Part shown: piece after piece, positions 37,366 to 46,863 of the stretch
Layout: each line of letters begins with the position of its first letter
Position numbering within the stretch: the first letter of the stretch is position 1
NCBI GenBank assembly: GCA_965216465.1
Contig: CBDCFW010000006.1
Span: 1,088,001-1,152,000, forward strand
Source: Bacteroidia bacterium
GTDB lineage: Bacteria; Bacteroidota; Bacteroidia; NS11-12g; UBA9320
DNA: 64,000 bases
Direction of reading: 5' to 3'
The notes under the pieces: model-generated
What the model was told of the DNA's origin: nothing
The model's database searches: none
The model's input: only the letters and a program-made list of their open reading frames with translations
Program-made: the position numbers and the translations under genes

Positions 37366-39798
37366 ATGAAACTGAAACTGACCTCTATTTTAACATTCTT
37401 AATTTTTGCGTATTCGTCAAACTGCCTCGCTCAGATAGGTGGGAGTAAGGACAAAGTCTTAAAAAAGCCGGTTAAATATGAAAGTCCTGAAGGACCAACA
37501 GGAGATATTCTGAGACCTACAGCCGAAAGAAGTGGCAAGAATTGGGTAGTGTTTTCTGACCGAAAAGACAACCAAACTTATGTAGATAAAGATCTTACTC
37601 GTCCGTATCGTCAAATTGATTTTCTTACCGCATATTATGTCCTTGAAGAGACTTCAATTGCACTTAAGGTAATTCCTTACCGACCAGAACTACTAACCCG
37701 AAGTGATGGTCTAAAGAAAAGTGTAAATCCAAATGAAGTGGGATGGGTAAGTAAGAAAGAAATGTTACTCTGGGATCACTCATTACTAGATCCTAAAACC
37801 AAATTTACGCTTAAAGCATTTTCGGTTCAGAAGCCCGAAGCAATATTAAATCCTGGTAGATATGTATCTCAAAACAAGGTGCATGTGTATGCTAGTCCTG
37901 AACTTAACCCTAATACAGAATTAGATATAGAACTCAGACTTTTTCAATTCTTGTTTGTGCTAAAGGAAGATGCTGCGAACAATTCAGTACTTGTTGCAAA
38001 AAAGAATAGTATTTCAGCAGGCAGTGCAGATGTTGCTGTACTTGGCTGGGTGAGTAAGTCTATTATTCAACTGTGGAAAGAAAGACTCTGTTTAGAACCA
38101 AACTCTGACCCCGATGCAAGCCAAGAGAGAAAGACTAACAAAATTAAATCTTCAATTTATGAAGACAAAGACGATGCACTTGCGGTAAAGATTGGAAGAG
38201 AACCTAAAAAAGGAGCTATGTGGCAGCGAGATAGTTATGAAGCTAAGATGGATCCTGACATGAAAAGATTCCCTGTTATTGAAGCCAATGATGGTGTGTA
38301 CAAGACAGGTTTTATTACCGGGTTACTAAACGAAAATGGAGTTGAAATTAACACCCCAGAAGCCCAAGCAATATTTAGCAAGTCATATCACGGAACAAGA
38401 AGCTCAGCATCAAAGATTAATGTGGTTTATGTGGTTGATGGAAATACCAATTACAAATCATATTTGAGACCAATCTTAGAGTCAATTAACAACAGTTATA
38501 AGAAGTTTGCTAATGTTGAAAATGCCTCAGAGAACACCTACCAATTTGGTGCCGTAGTTTATCGAAACTCAGCCTATAAAAACTGCAGTCCAGATAGAAG
38601 TGTCGTTCCTATCGGGTTGAGTTCTAAATTCCAGTCGATGACTAGTAAGCTGAAGACAGAAATAGAATCTGAAGCTTGCCAAGTAGGAACGAACCGTAAG
38701 TTTAGTTCACTCGATAAAGGAATGGTGAGAGCCTTGAGGATGTTCCAAAATCCTGATGAAACCAATATAGTAATCATAATAGGAGCTACGGGTTATGCTA
38801 GAACCGGAAACGACATCAATAAAGATATTGTTAAACGCTGCGTAAACAAGAACGTATCAATCCTCGGATTTCAATTATACTTTAGCCAGGATGTAGAATA
38901 CGACGAATTCTATAATCAAGTGCGTTATTGGATGAAGAATACGGCCTTTACGATTGATAAATTAACAGATGTTACCAATCAGTTCGAGCCTAAGGTAGAT
39001 AGAGTACCAGGAGAAACCAACTCGTTTCAATTAATTAACTGTGCTGTAACAGGCTATTTTCTCGGTGTTGATATCAATGAGTGGCTGAATGGTGCTGACC
39101 TGAATAGGAAGCTCCAGCAAGCAATTATGGATCAGGAGCGAAAGAACAACGCTCTTATGAAGAAGATGGATTCAGAAATGGAAGGAATGGGGGCCTCCGA
39201 TGTTAAACTAGACCCCGAATTGCTCCTGTTCTTGCACAAAATGGATCTACCCTATGACAAGATTGTTGAGTTTGTTAATAATATCAAAGCTGGAGATAAA
39301 GACTCCTATACCTTCTTTATTGAGGGCTATGCCCCTAGCGAAATATCCGGGTTAGATTATCCAACATTTAGCAATGTTATTCTAATGGATTATGACGAAT
39401 GGAGTATTCTTGATAATGCCCTTACCGACATTAGTTATGCAATTACTGCCCTCGATGATAATAGTACTAGAGAATCACTGAAAAAGGCTTATTGGGAAAC
39501 CTTAGTGTCCTATTATGGAAGAAAAGAAGCCAAGACCTTGGTGAAGGAAAAACCGCTAGATTACATCAACGAATTGCTGATCGGAATGTCTTATCAAGGT
39601 AATAGTCTGATAAGAAATCTAAAACTTGACGACATCTCTGATGAAGCGTTGTTTCCAAGAGAAAAACTCTTAGAGTATATCGAGTATATTTCTGAAAAAC
39701 AGAAGTTATTCAAGTCTACCGGAAACCCATCCAATGGATATTCGTTTAAAAGTTTTAACAAAAGGTACTACTGGGTGCCTTCAAATTATTTGCCTTAG
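37366..39798 (+). CDS. tssR: TssR-like periplasmic protein (copy 1)
   Basis: Signal peptide from ATG 37366; WVVFSDR.DN, GWVSK..MLLW..S, vWA-like INVVYVVDG, terminal YYWVP..YLP. Confidence 0.8.
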   Translation: MKLKLTSILTFLIFAYSSNCLAQIGGSKDKVLKKPVKYESPEGPTGDILRPTAERSGKNWVVFSDRKDNQTYVDKDLTRPYRQIDFLTAYYVLEETSIALKVIPYRPELLTRSDGLKKSVNPNEVGWVSKKEMLLWDHSLLDPKTKFTLKAFSVQKPEAILNPGRYVSQNKVHVYASPELNPNTELDIELRLFQFLFVLKEDAANNSVLVAKKNSISAGSADVAVLGWVSKSIIQLWKERLCLEPNSDPDASQERKTNKIKSSIYEDKDDALAVKIGREPKKGAMWQRDSYEAKMDPDMKRFPVIEANDGVYKTGFITGLLNENGVEINTPEAQAIFSKSYHGTRSSASKINVVYVVDGNTNYKSYLRPILESINNSYKKFANVENASENTYQFGAVVYRNSAYKNCSPDRSVVPIGLSSKFQSMTSKLKTEIESEACQVGTNRKFSSLDKGMVRALRMFQNPDETNIVIIIGATGYARTGNDINKDIVKRCVNKNVSILGFQLYFSQDVEYDEFYNQVRYWMKNTAFTIDKLTDVTNQFEPKVDRVPGETNSFQLINCAVTGYFLGVDINEWLNGADLNRKLQQAIMDQERKNNALMKKMDSEMEGMGASDVKLDPELLLFLHKMDLPYDKIVEFVNNIKAGDKDSYTFFIEGYAPSEISGLDYPTFSNVILMDYDEWSILDNALTDISYAITALDDNSTRESLKKAYWETLVSYYGRKEAKTLVKEKPLDYINELLIGMSYQGNSLIRNLKLDDISDEALFPREKLLEYIEYISEKQKLFKSTGNPSNGYSFKSFNKRYYWVPSNYLP

Positions 39799-39810
39799 AA
39801 ATTACCCCAT

Positions 39811-42225
39811 ATGAAGACCATAAAGATCTCATTTTTATTTACCTTACTCAATCTTCTTACCATCTGTGCAGTTGCTCAAGATTTAAAGGGCACTCCAATA
39901 CTTCTGGAGCCTGCTGAATACACCAGACCGAATGGTCCAACCGGTGAAATAGCACAACGTTATGATGATGTTACGAGAAGACCGTGGATAGTTTATTCTG
40001 ATCGCTCAGATAACATCAGCTATACGAACGAGCAATTTAACACGAAGAAGAAGGACCTTCCTTACTTAAAGGCCTTTTTAGTTATTGCCCGAAGAGGTCA
40101 TGCTTTGCATATTGTTGATTACGGCCCCATGCATTATGCTAAAAACAAATTGAATGAGCGTCCACAAGACTACGGATGGGTTGATGAGAGAAAAATGCTG
40201 TTATGGCAAAATTCGGTTTTAGATCCAAATACAAAGATCATTACCAAAGGATTGGCGATGTTTCATTATGAGGTGCTAAAAAACCCGGGGGCTTATTTTA
40301 AGTCGAACAACATTCAGGTTTATAATAATCCAGACAAGAAGGAAGAACATGTGGCCACAAATGAGTTACAGATGTATCAATTCGTTTTCATTTACAAAGA
40401 AGAAAACGGAGCTTATTTGGTGGGTAAACAACAAAAAACCAAATACAATACCATAAGTCATGAATTGATTGGCTGGGTTGACAAAGGAACGATTCAAGTT
40501 TGGGAAGGTCGTCTGTGCCTAGAACCTAATCGATCTATCGATGCAGTTGATGAGCGCAAGAGTAAAAATGTTTCCGCTTCAATCTTCGGTACATCTTCAG
40601 ATGCGAAGTCTTTTTCAGTCGGAACAGCCGGAGGCGACCCCATTTGGGATAGTGACCCAAAGGCAACTTTAATTCCTTCGAACTTTAAACGATTTCCAGT
40701 GCTAAAAACGGAATATGGATTAGTACGAACCGGTTTCTCATCTCCCATAGTTGATGAAAGAGGAGTGGTGCTTTCTTCTGTTCAAGATAAGAACAAAAGT
40801 GATGAAAAGTACATGGACTTCCGAGAAGAAAAGAAGAAGATAAACGTAATTTTTGTGATCGATGGAAACGCAGAGAATAAGAACTTTGTAAAACCAATCA
40901 TAGAGTCTATAAAACTGAATTATAGCTATCTTGGTAACAATACCTCAAACCAATACTTCTTTGGGTCTGTAATATATCGTAAGGATGCTTATGCTTCGTG
41001 TGAGGGAGTTGATAAATCGCTACAGGTTAAAACATTAACATCAAATTACCGCGATTTAACATCGTGGTTATCGCAGTCGTTGAACGATGAACTATGCCCA
41101 GTTTCAAATGCTACAAGCTACACCAATTTAACGGATGGCTTGGCGAGAGCCAATCGCATGTTAGCAGGTAAAAGCTCAAATACAAACATCGTAATTGTAA
41201 TAGGAGCAGCTGGGGTTGAAAGTTCAAAAAGCGAAGAAATGAAGAACATTACAAATAGCCTTTCAAAGGCGAATGCTTCACTATTGGCTTTTCAAGTGAA
41301 TTCAAAGAATGATGTTGCCTTTGACAATTTCTATCGCGATATGCGGAGAATGATTGCCGGGAATGCCCGCAACATTGTCAATGATATTAAAGCTTCAAAC
41401 ATTTCTGAGCAGTTAAAAGCTTCTGTAGATATTCCTGCATGGGCACGAAATCAAGATGACTATTTCGATGAATTGGAGCAAGATAAATCACCAATTTCAG
41501 GGTCGATTTCGTTCGTTGAACTTGGTCAAGAAATGCAAGTTGCACGCTTGACTTCAGAGCTAAAGAAAACAATTCTTTCAGTAGAGAGCTGGAACAATAA
41601 GCTAATTTCTGATTTAGATGTTGCTACTCAAAGTGTGGGAGGTACAAGCGTTAAAGTAAATCCAGCTATGGTTCTCTTCTTAAAAGAATCTGGAATTGGT
41701 CTTGACGATAAAATCGTTGAAAAAATATCAGGTAAATCTTACCAGTTCTACGTAGAAGGCTATACAACTCTAACCAACGATAAACTTGATAATCCGGTTT
41801 TCACTTATCAATTGCTCATGCTAAAAAGTGAATACGATAATCTTGTTAACCGGTTCAAAAGGCTATACGAGGCAAGAGGGTCAGATAATATGGATGCTGT
41901 TCGAAAGCGGTTAAAACGTGCTTATAAAGAAGTGTTGGCTTCATACCAAGGATCGAAACAAGTCGCAATGAGAAATATGGATATTCGAATGGCACATAGT
42001 CTATTGACAGGTATTCCACCAGATCTCCAATCTCATACCATAAAGAATGTTTCCATCGATGATATTGACGACAAGCGATTGTTTTCAAATGAAGAACTGG
42101 ATGAACTTCTTAACCATATCTCAACCAACTTAAAACAGCTCGAAAGAATCCCAGTTGAGGATAGCTATATCTTTAAAAATTTCGACGACATTATGTACTG
42201 GGTTCCTGTTGACTATCTCCCCTAA
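39811..42225 (+). CDS. tssR: TssR-like periplasmic protein (copy 2)
   Basis: WIVYSDRSDN, YGWVD..KMLLW.NS, RLCLEPN, INVIFVIDG, terminal YWVPVDYLP; colinear with copy 1. Confidence 0.8.
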   Translation: MKTIKISFLFTLLNLLTICAVAQDLKGTPILLEPAEYTRPNGPTGEIAQRYDDVTRRPWIVYSDRSDNISYTNEQFNTKKKDLPYLKAFLVIARRGHALHIVDYGPMHYAKNKLNERPQDYGWVDERKMLLWQNSVLDPNTKIITKGLAMFHYEVLKNPGAYFKSNNIQVYNNPDKKEEHVATNELQMYQFVFIYKEENGAYLVGKQQKTKYNTISHELIGWVDKGTIQVWEGRLCLEPNRSIDAVDERKSKNVSASIFGTSSDAKSFSVGTAGGDPIWDSDPKATLIPSNFKRFPVLKTEYGLVRTGFSSPIVDERGVVLSSVQDKNKSDEKYMDFREEKKKINVIFVIDGNAENKNFVKPIIESIKLNYSYLGNNTSNQYFFGSVIYRKDAYASCEGVDKSLQVKTLTSNYRDLTSWLSQSLNDELCPVSNATSYTNLTDGLARANRMLAGKSSNTNIVIVIGAAGVESSKSEEMKNITNSLSKANASLLAFQVNSKNDVAFDNFYRDMRRMIAGNARNIVNDIKASNISEQLKASVDIPAWARNQDDYFDELEQDKSPISGSISFVELGQEMQVARLTSELKKTILSVESWNNKLISDLDVATQSVGGTSVKVNPAMVLFLKESGIGLDDKIVEKISGKSYQFYVEGYTTLTNDKLDNPVFTYQLLMLKSEYDNLVNRFKRLYEARGSDNMDAVRKRLKRAYKEVLASYQGSKQVAMRNMDIRMAHSLLTGIPPDLQSHTIKNVSIDDIDDKRLFSNEELDELLNHISTNLKQLERIPVEDSYIFKNFDDIMYWVPVDYLP

Positions 42226-42227
42226 AA

Positions 42228-44684
42228 ATGAGTTCTCAATTATTTGAAATATCAAACTTAGTATGTACTTACAATCAAGAGAGCAATGATGTTCTTGTGG
42301 TTGATAAACTCAACTTGTATAAGGGCGAAATCGTATTCTTCCTTGGAGCTTCAGGAACAGGTAAGAGCACCTTGCTTGAAACTCTTGGCTTAATGAACAA
42401 TACGGCCAAAAAAGGAGAAATTAAGTTTGAGACAGACGACGCCCAACACGATTTGGTCAGTGTCTGGAACAAAGAATCTACAGACCGAATTGCAATTCGA
42501 AAGGAGCATTTTGGATTTATTTTCCAAAATACCAACCTCATGAACAATCTTACAGCCGAAGAGAATATTGTACTTTCAGGTTTGATAAAGGAAGATGCCT
42601 CAATTGATTCATTCGATGATGACGCTACACGATTACTTGAGAAGATAAAGCTCAAAGGAGCAGGGTTTGATAGAACGGCTTTTCCGAATAATTTATCAGG
42701 CGGTCAAAGACAGCGTTTGGCCTTTGCCAGGGCTTTAATTTCAAAAAGTACGGTAATATTTGGAGATGAACCTACAGGTAACTTGGATGATGCCACTGCA
42801 GCTCAGTTAATGTCTTTCCTACAAGAAGAAATTAAATCGCAGAACAAGTCAGCTCTCATAGTTTCTCACGACAAAGAGTTAGCTTTAGAATTTGCTGATC
42901 GAATTGTAGTTATTTCAAAAGAAGAAAATAGACCAGAAGGGTTTATTAAAGAAGAAAACATCATTGTTCGCCAGGAATGGTTAGATGACCGACAGGCTGC
43001 AATAAAAAAAATATCAGATCACTACAAAGGAGCAACTGAGAAGGCTAGTGAAAGTGTTCAAAAAGGAAAACGATATAATCTTAAAGAGCAGTTTAAAGGG
43101 CTGTATTTTAGTAAAGAATATGAGGCTTTAATGGGGCAGAAAAAGATCAACTTATGGTTGCTGCTTGCCCTCTTTGTTCTCACCTTCATCACTATTGGTT
43201 TGGCAAATGGAAGTTTGGAATATCTCGACAGAAAACTCAATAGTCCATTTGTAAAGTGGATTAGTGTAACAATTCCAGCTAACCGAGCTTCTGGCGATGA
43301 AGACATTGTTAAAAAGCTCAACGAAAGTTATGAGTATAAAAAGCGGTATGGCTATAAGAACCTGATAGCATATAGCAAGGAGACGATATATGTTTTCAAT
43401 GAATCGTCGGGAGAGTTTAATGCTGTAAATGGTCGAACTGTAATACCAGAAAAAGATAATGATCTGCTTACTTCGTACATTCTAGGTGAAGAAAATTTGA
43501 TTCGGGGCTTGAATACAGGTTATGACGATGATAAGGACTTCAGCTTCATTGTTACCAAACGATTCTTGAAAGAGTTTGGTTATGACCCAGAGACCGCTAC
43601 GCAGGTTTTTATACGGTTCAAAGACTATTTAGGCCAGGATGAGAATGGAAAGATGAAGTCAATTATGTTCAAAATTCCAGTTGAGATTCGGTCAATTGTT
43701 GAAGAGATTCCAGGTAGAAACGACTTTATCTGCACTCAATATTTTGCAGAGGTTTGGAACAACTCTAGAATGGAGACCTTTAATACTCAAGCAAAAACTA
43801 ATGACATACGAATTAAAGTCGATGGAATTAAAGATAATCAACTGAAAAAAGCTCAAGAGCAATTAGATGAATTTGTACAAGCCAATTTCTCTGGTTCAGA
43901 TCCTCTGGTTGATAATTTTCAAAACTTCACTGAGGGAATGCAAAATGGTTATTATACGGTTATAAGCTTCGAACCGGCCTTGTCTTCTTATAAAATTGCC
44001 GATTCGATATACAACCAAATGATAGACCTACCCGCACTAAAAAGTGCCAAGGAAGTTGCTAGAATTTATGACTACAGTTATGTGTACAATGTTCAAAGTA
44101 CTCCAAGCTTTGACAACTACTCGATTAACTTTTTTCATCTCGATAGTATCCGTCCTTTCTCTGACTTTTTATACGAACGCTTTAATAAGCAAGGAGAAAG
44201 TAAGATGGGTAAGGTTGAGCTAGATATGGCTAAAGTTAAAGAGAAAGATAATTATGTGTTCATGAGTAATGTGACGAGAACCATTTCTGTTTTTTTAATA
44301 TTTATAGGCATAGTGAGCAGTGCATTGCTAATATTCAACATGCTTAAACTGCATTTCAGCCAGATTAAGTCAAATATTGGTACACTGAACGCAATAGGAT
44401 TAGCTTTTAACACGACGTACAAACTCTATCTCAGAATTGTTGTTCGCTTTGTTTTAATTAGTCTACTCATTTCAGCCATACTCGCTTTCTTAATTGGAAG
44501 TTTGATCGAGTTGTATCTCAGTCAAGTGATGGTTACAGAGTTAGACCTCGATTACTTTGAATTATTCTCATTTAGAACACTCATGTTTGTGATTGTTACT
44601 GTTGCCGCTTCAGTACTTGTAACGATGTACACAATTAAACTATATTTGAAAAAATCGCCTGGAGACTTGATATATAACCGATGA
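42228..44684 (+). CDS. Fused MacB-type (type VII) ABC transporter: ATPase plus FtsX-like permease
   Basis: Walker A GASGTGKS, FGFIFQ Q-loop, LSGGQRQR signature, IFGDEPTGNLD, VSHD; TM1, large periplasmic domain, three C-terminal TMs with IGTLNAIG. Confidence 0.88.
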   Translation: MSSQLFEISNLVCTYNQESNDVLVVDKLNLYKGEIVFFLGASGTGKSTLLETLGLMNNTAKKGEIKFETDDAQHDLVSVWNKESTDRIAIRKEHFGFIFQNTNLMNNLTAEENIVLSGLIKEDASIDSFDDDATRLLEKIKLKGAGFDRTAFPNNLSGGQRQRLAFARALISKSTVIFGDEPTGNLDDATAAQLMSFLQEEIKSQNKSALIVSHDKELALEFADRIVVISKEENRPEGFIKEENIIVRQEWLDDRQAAIKKISDHYKGATEKASESVQKGKRYNLKEQFKGLYFSKEYEALMGQKKINLWLLLALFVLTFITIGLANGSLEYLDRKLNSPFVKWISVTIPANRASGDEDIVKKLNESYEYKKRYGYKNLIAYSKETIYVFNESSGEFNAVNGRTVIPEKDNDLLTSYILGEENLIRGLNTGYDDDKDFSFIVTKRFLKEFGYDPETATQVFIRFKDYLGQDENGKMKSIMFKIPVEIRSIVEEIPGRNDFICTQYFAEVWNNSRMETFNTQAKTNDIRIKVDGIKDNQLKKAQEQLDEFVQANFSGSDPLVDNFQNFTEGMQNGYYTVISFEPALSSYKIADSIYNQMIDLPALKSAKEVARIYDYSYVYNVQSTPSFDNYSINFFHLDSIRPFSDFLYERFNKQGESKMGKVELDMAKVKEKDNYVFMSNVTRTISVFLIFIGIVSSALLIFNMLKLHFSQIKSNIGTLNAIGLAFNTTYKLYLRIVVRFVLISLLISAILAFLIGSLIELYLSQVMVTELDLDYFELFSFRTLMFVIVTVAASVLVTMYTIKLYLKKSPGDLIYNR

Positions 44685-46822
44685 ATTGTAGATACCTACT
44701 CAGCTTAGTACTTTTAACACTTATTATTTACCCATCCCAAGCTCAGATAAATGATCATTTAATTGGGAGTCCGTTTGGCGGAGTTTCTTCTATCAGCTTA
44801 AACCCCGCAATAAACAATCACAATAAAACTTTCGAGTTCAACCTTTATAATTTCAATTGGAAGAAAGACTTTTTCAGTTCAAATTATTATGACTCTAAAG
44901 TCAATGATTTATCAACGATAAGGGAAGATTACAAAATGGTCTTTACTGGTGTTATGTTTACGACCGATGTTAAGGCAGCGAATAGAACGCATCAGTGGGG
45001 TTTCGGATTGTCAAATCACCGTTACGGAACTTTTAGATATGAGACAGAAAGTCAAACTTCAAGGCAACACTTCTATCAAAACAATCAAGATCGAGATTTC
45101 ACGAACCAAAATGTTTCTCAGTACAGACATCAATATGCAGATTTAGGATTAACTGTTGCTTACAATTTGATAGCAACCAAAAGAATGCAATTCAATCTTG
45201 GAGCCACCGTTAAACAAATTAGAGGTGAACACTTGCAAATTGGGTACGTTCGCGGTATGACGAGACAGTTTCCTTCTGAATCGATTCAAAACAGTTATTT
45301 TTTTAATTATCGAAATCCAGATTGGATCAATGACGGAGAAAATGCATTTCAAGAAGCCTCCTTATTTACTAAAGCAGAAGACGATCAGCCAACCAGCTTC
45401 GCCGGTGATTTTGGATTTGAATTTCAGGTACGAAAAGCAGAAGGAGTATTGCGGTATGTAATGGATGATTCTGCCAGAGCCCAAGAAGATATTAATCAAA
45501 CCCTTTTCAAAATAGGAGGATCTATAAGTAATGTAGGAGCTAATTTGGAATATCAGCGCGGAGATGCTGATGTTACTGCAGATGGTGTTTATGCACTGAA
45601 CACATCTGGTGTGAGTGATGATTTTAAACTGGAGGTGTCTGTTCCTCAGAACTTACTTGCCTATGTTGATTTCAGTTTGGGAAAAGTCTTTAGTATGAAC
45701 ATGAACTTTCGTCAGTTCTCTTACCAAACTTTTGATGGAAGCGAATACGTTTCAAAGAAAGAACAAACCATCGGTATTATTCCAAGATTCGAGAAGAAAG
45801 GTGTTGGTGTTTATGTTCCTGTTCAATATGGTTTGGAATCTGACCGAGGAAATGTTGAGATTGGTGCAGCAATGCGTATTTATTGGTTAAGCTTTCGGCT
45901 TGATAACTTAATGACCTATTTCTCAGATGCAAATACACCAAGCGGCATGCAACTAGGAGTCTTTATTCCAATACATCGGAAGATGCCTAAAGACACAGAC
46001 AAAGACTGGGTATCTGATGAGCTCGATGAATGCCCAAATGATGCTGGATTCTGGTACACTAAAGGCTGTCCTGATGCAGATGGAGATAGCGTACCAGATA
46101 GAAGCGATTTATGTGCTTTTGAATTTGGCACTAGAGCAACTTATGGTTGTCCTGATAAAGACGGCGACGGAATCAGAGACAGTGAAGATGAATGTGATTC
46201 TATTTTTGGAGTAGAAGCATTTAAGGGCTGTCCTGATACAGATGGTGATGGAGTTCCGGATAAAGAAGATAGGTGTGAACTTGATCCTGGTCCTGCTGAA
46301 GAATATGGCTGTCCTGATACTGACGGAGATGGATTATTTGACCATGAGGATGTTTGCGATGAAGAATTTGGATTACCTATACATAAAGGTTGCCCTATAG
46401 ATTCGGATAACGATGGAATTTATGATCACGAAGACAATTGCCCAACTCAAGCGGGTGATCGTGCTAACAAGGGTTGCCCATATTCAGATAAAGATAGATT
46501 CGACGCTAAAATGTTCACATTTACTGAAGATTTTATGTGGGATGTTGGAGCAGGTACCATTTCAAATGATCGGAGTTTGGAGATACTCGATGAGGTAGTA
46601 GACTTTGTTGACGATAACATGGACTATATTCTGACCATCACAATTCTGCCCGAAGATAGTACTGCTACGAGTATTGAGCTTGCAGAAGAACGGGTTGATG
46701 TTTTAGTCAGAATGCTACTTGATACAGGCCTTGATGATTCAAGATTGGAGATTGAAGTCGCTGAAAATGAGTACTTTGAAGGTAAATTTACCAAATTTTC
46801 TGTACGTCTTGAAGATTATTGA
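44681..46822 (+). CDS. Outer-membrane barrel (DUF5723-like) with TSP3 Ca-binding repeats and degenerate OmpA-like C-terminus
   Basis: Signal peptide, GGVSSISLNPA start, beta strands, six DxDGDG...GCP repeats, C-terminal SLEILDEVV...LAEERV...GLDDSRL. Confidence 0.75.
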   Translation: MNCRYLLSLVLLTLIIYPSQAQINDHLIGSPFGGVSSISLNPAINNHNKTFEFNLYNFNWKKDFFSSNYYDSKVNDLSTIREDYKMVFTGVMFTTDVKAANRTHQWGFGLSNHRYGTFRYETESQTSRQHFYQNNQDRDFTNQNVSQYRHQYADLGLTVAYNLIATKRMQFNLGATVKQIRGEHLQIGYVRGMTRQFPSESIQNSYFFNYRNPDWINDGENAFQEASLFTKAEDDQPTSFAGDFGFEFQVRKAEGVLRYVMDDSARAQEDINQTLFKIGGSISNVGANLEYQRGDADVTADGVYALNTSGVSDDFKLEVSVPQNLLAYVDFSLGKVFSMNMNFRQFSYQTFDGSEYVSKKEQTIGIIPRFEKKGVGVYVPVQYGLESDRGNVEIGAAMRIYWLSFRLDNLMTYFSDANTPSGMQLGVFIPIHRKMPKDTDKDWVSDELDECPNDAGFWYTKGCPDADGDSVPDRSDLCAFEFGTRATYGCPDKDGDGIRDSEDECDSIFGVEAFKGCPDTDGDGVPDKEDRCELDPGPAEEYGCPDTDGDGLFDHEDVCDEEFGLPIHKGCPIDSDNDGIYDHEDNCPTQAGDRANKGCPYSDKDRFDAKMFTFTEDFMWDVGAGTISNDRSLEILDEVVDFVDDNMDYILTITILPEDSTATSIELAEERVDVLVRMLLDTGLDDSRLEIEVAENEYFEGKFTKFSVRLEDY
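45992..46480 (+). repeat. Six tandem 27-28-codon thrombospondin type 3-like coding repeats
   Basis: D.DGDG..D..D.C....G.....GCP units; recurring GG(C/T)TG(T/C)CC in the DNA. Confidence 0.85.
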
Positions 46823-46833
46823 TTAACATTTAG

Positions 46834-46841
46834 TATTTTTG
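46834..46841 (+). promoter_or_regulatory. -7 promoter element upstream of tssH
   Basis: TATTTTTG in the 41-nt gap before TTG 46864. Confidence 0.5.
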
Positions 46842-46863
46842 GGTAATTTAATAACCTTATAAC

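Noticed and set aside
45992-46480. Regularly spaced ~81-nt DNA repeats resembling a CRISPR array
   Set aside because: They are degenerate, in frame and encode TSP3-like DxDGDG..GCP units; there are no identical repeats with unique spacers and no cas genes
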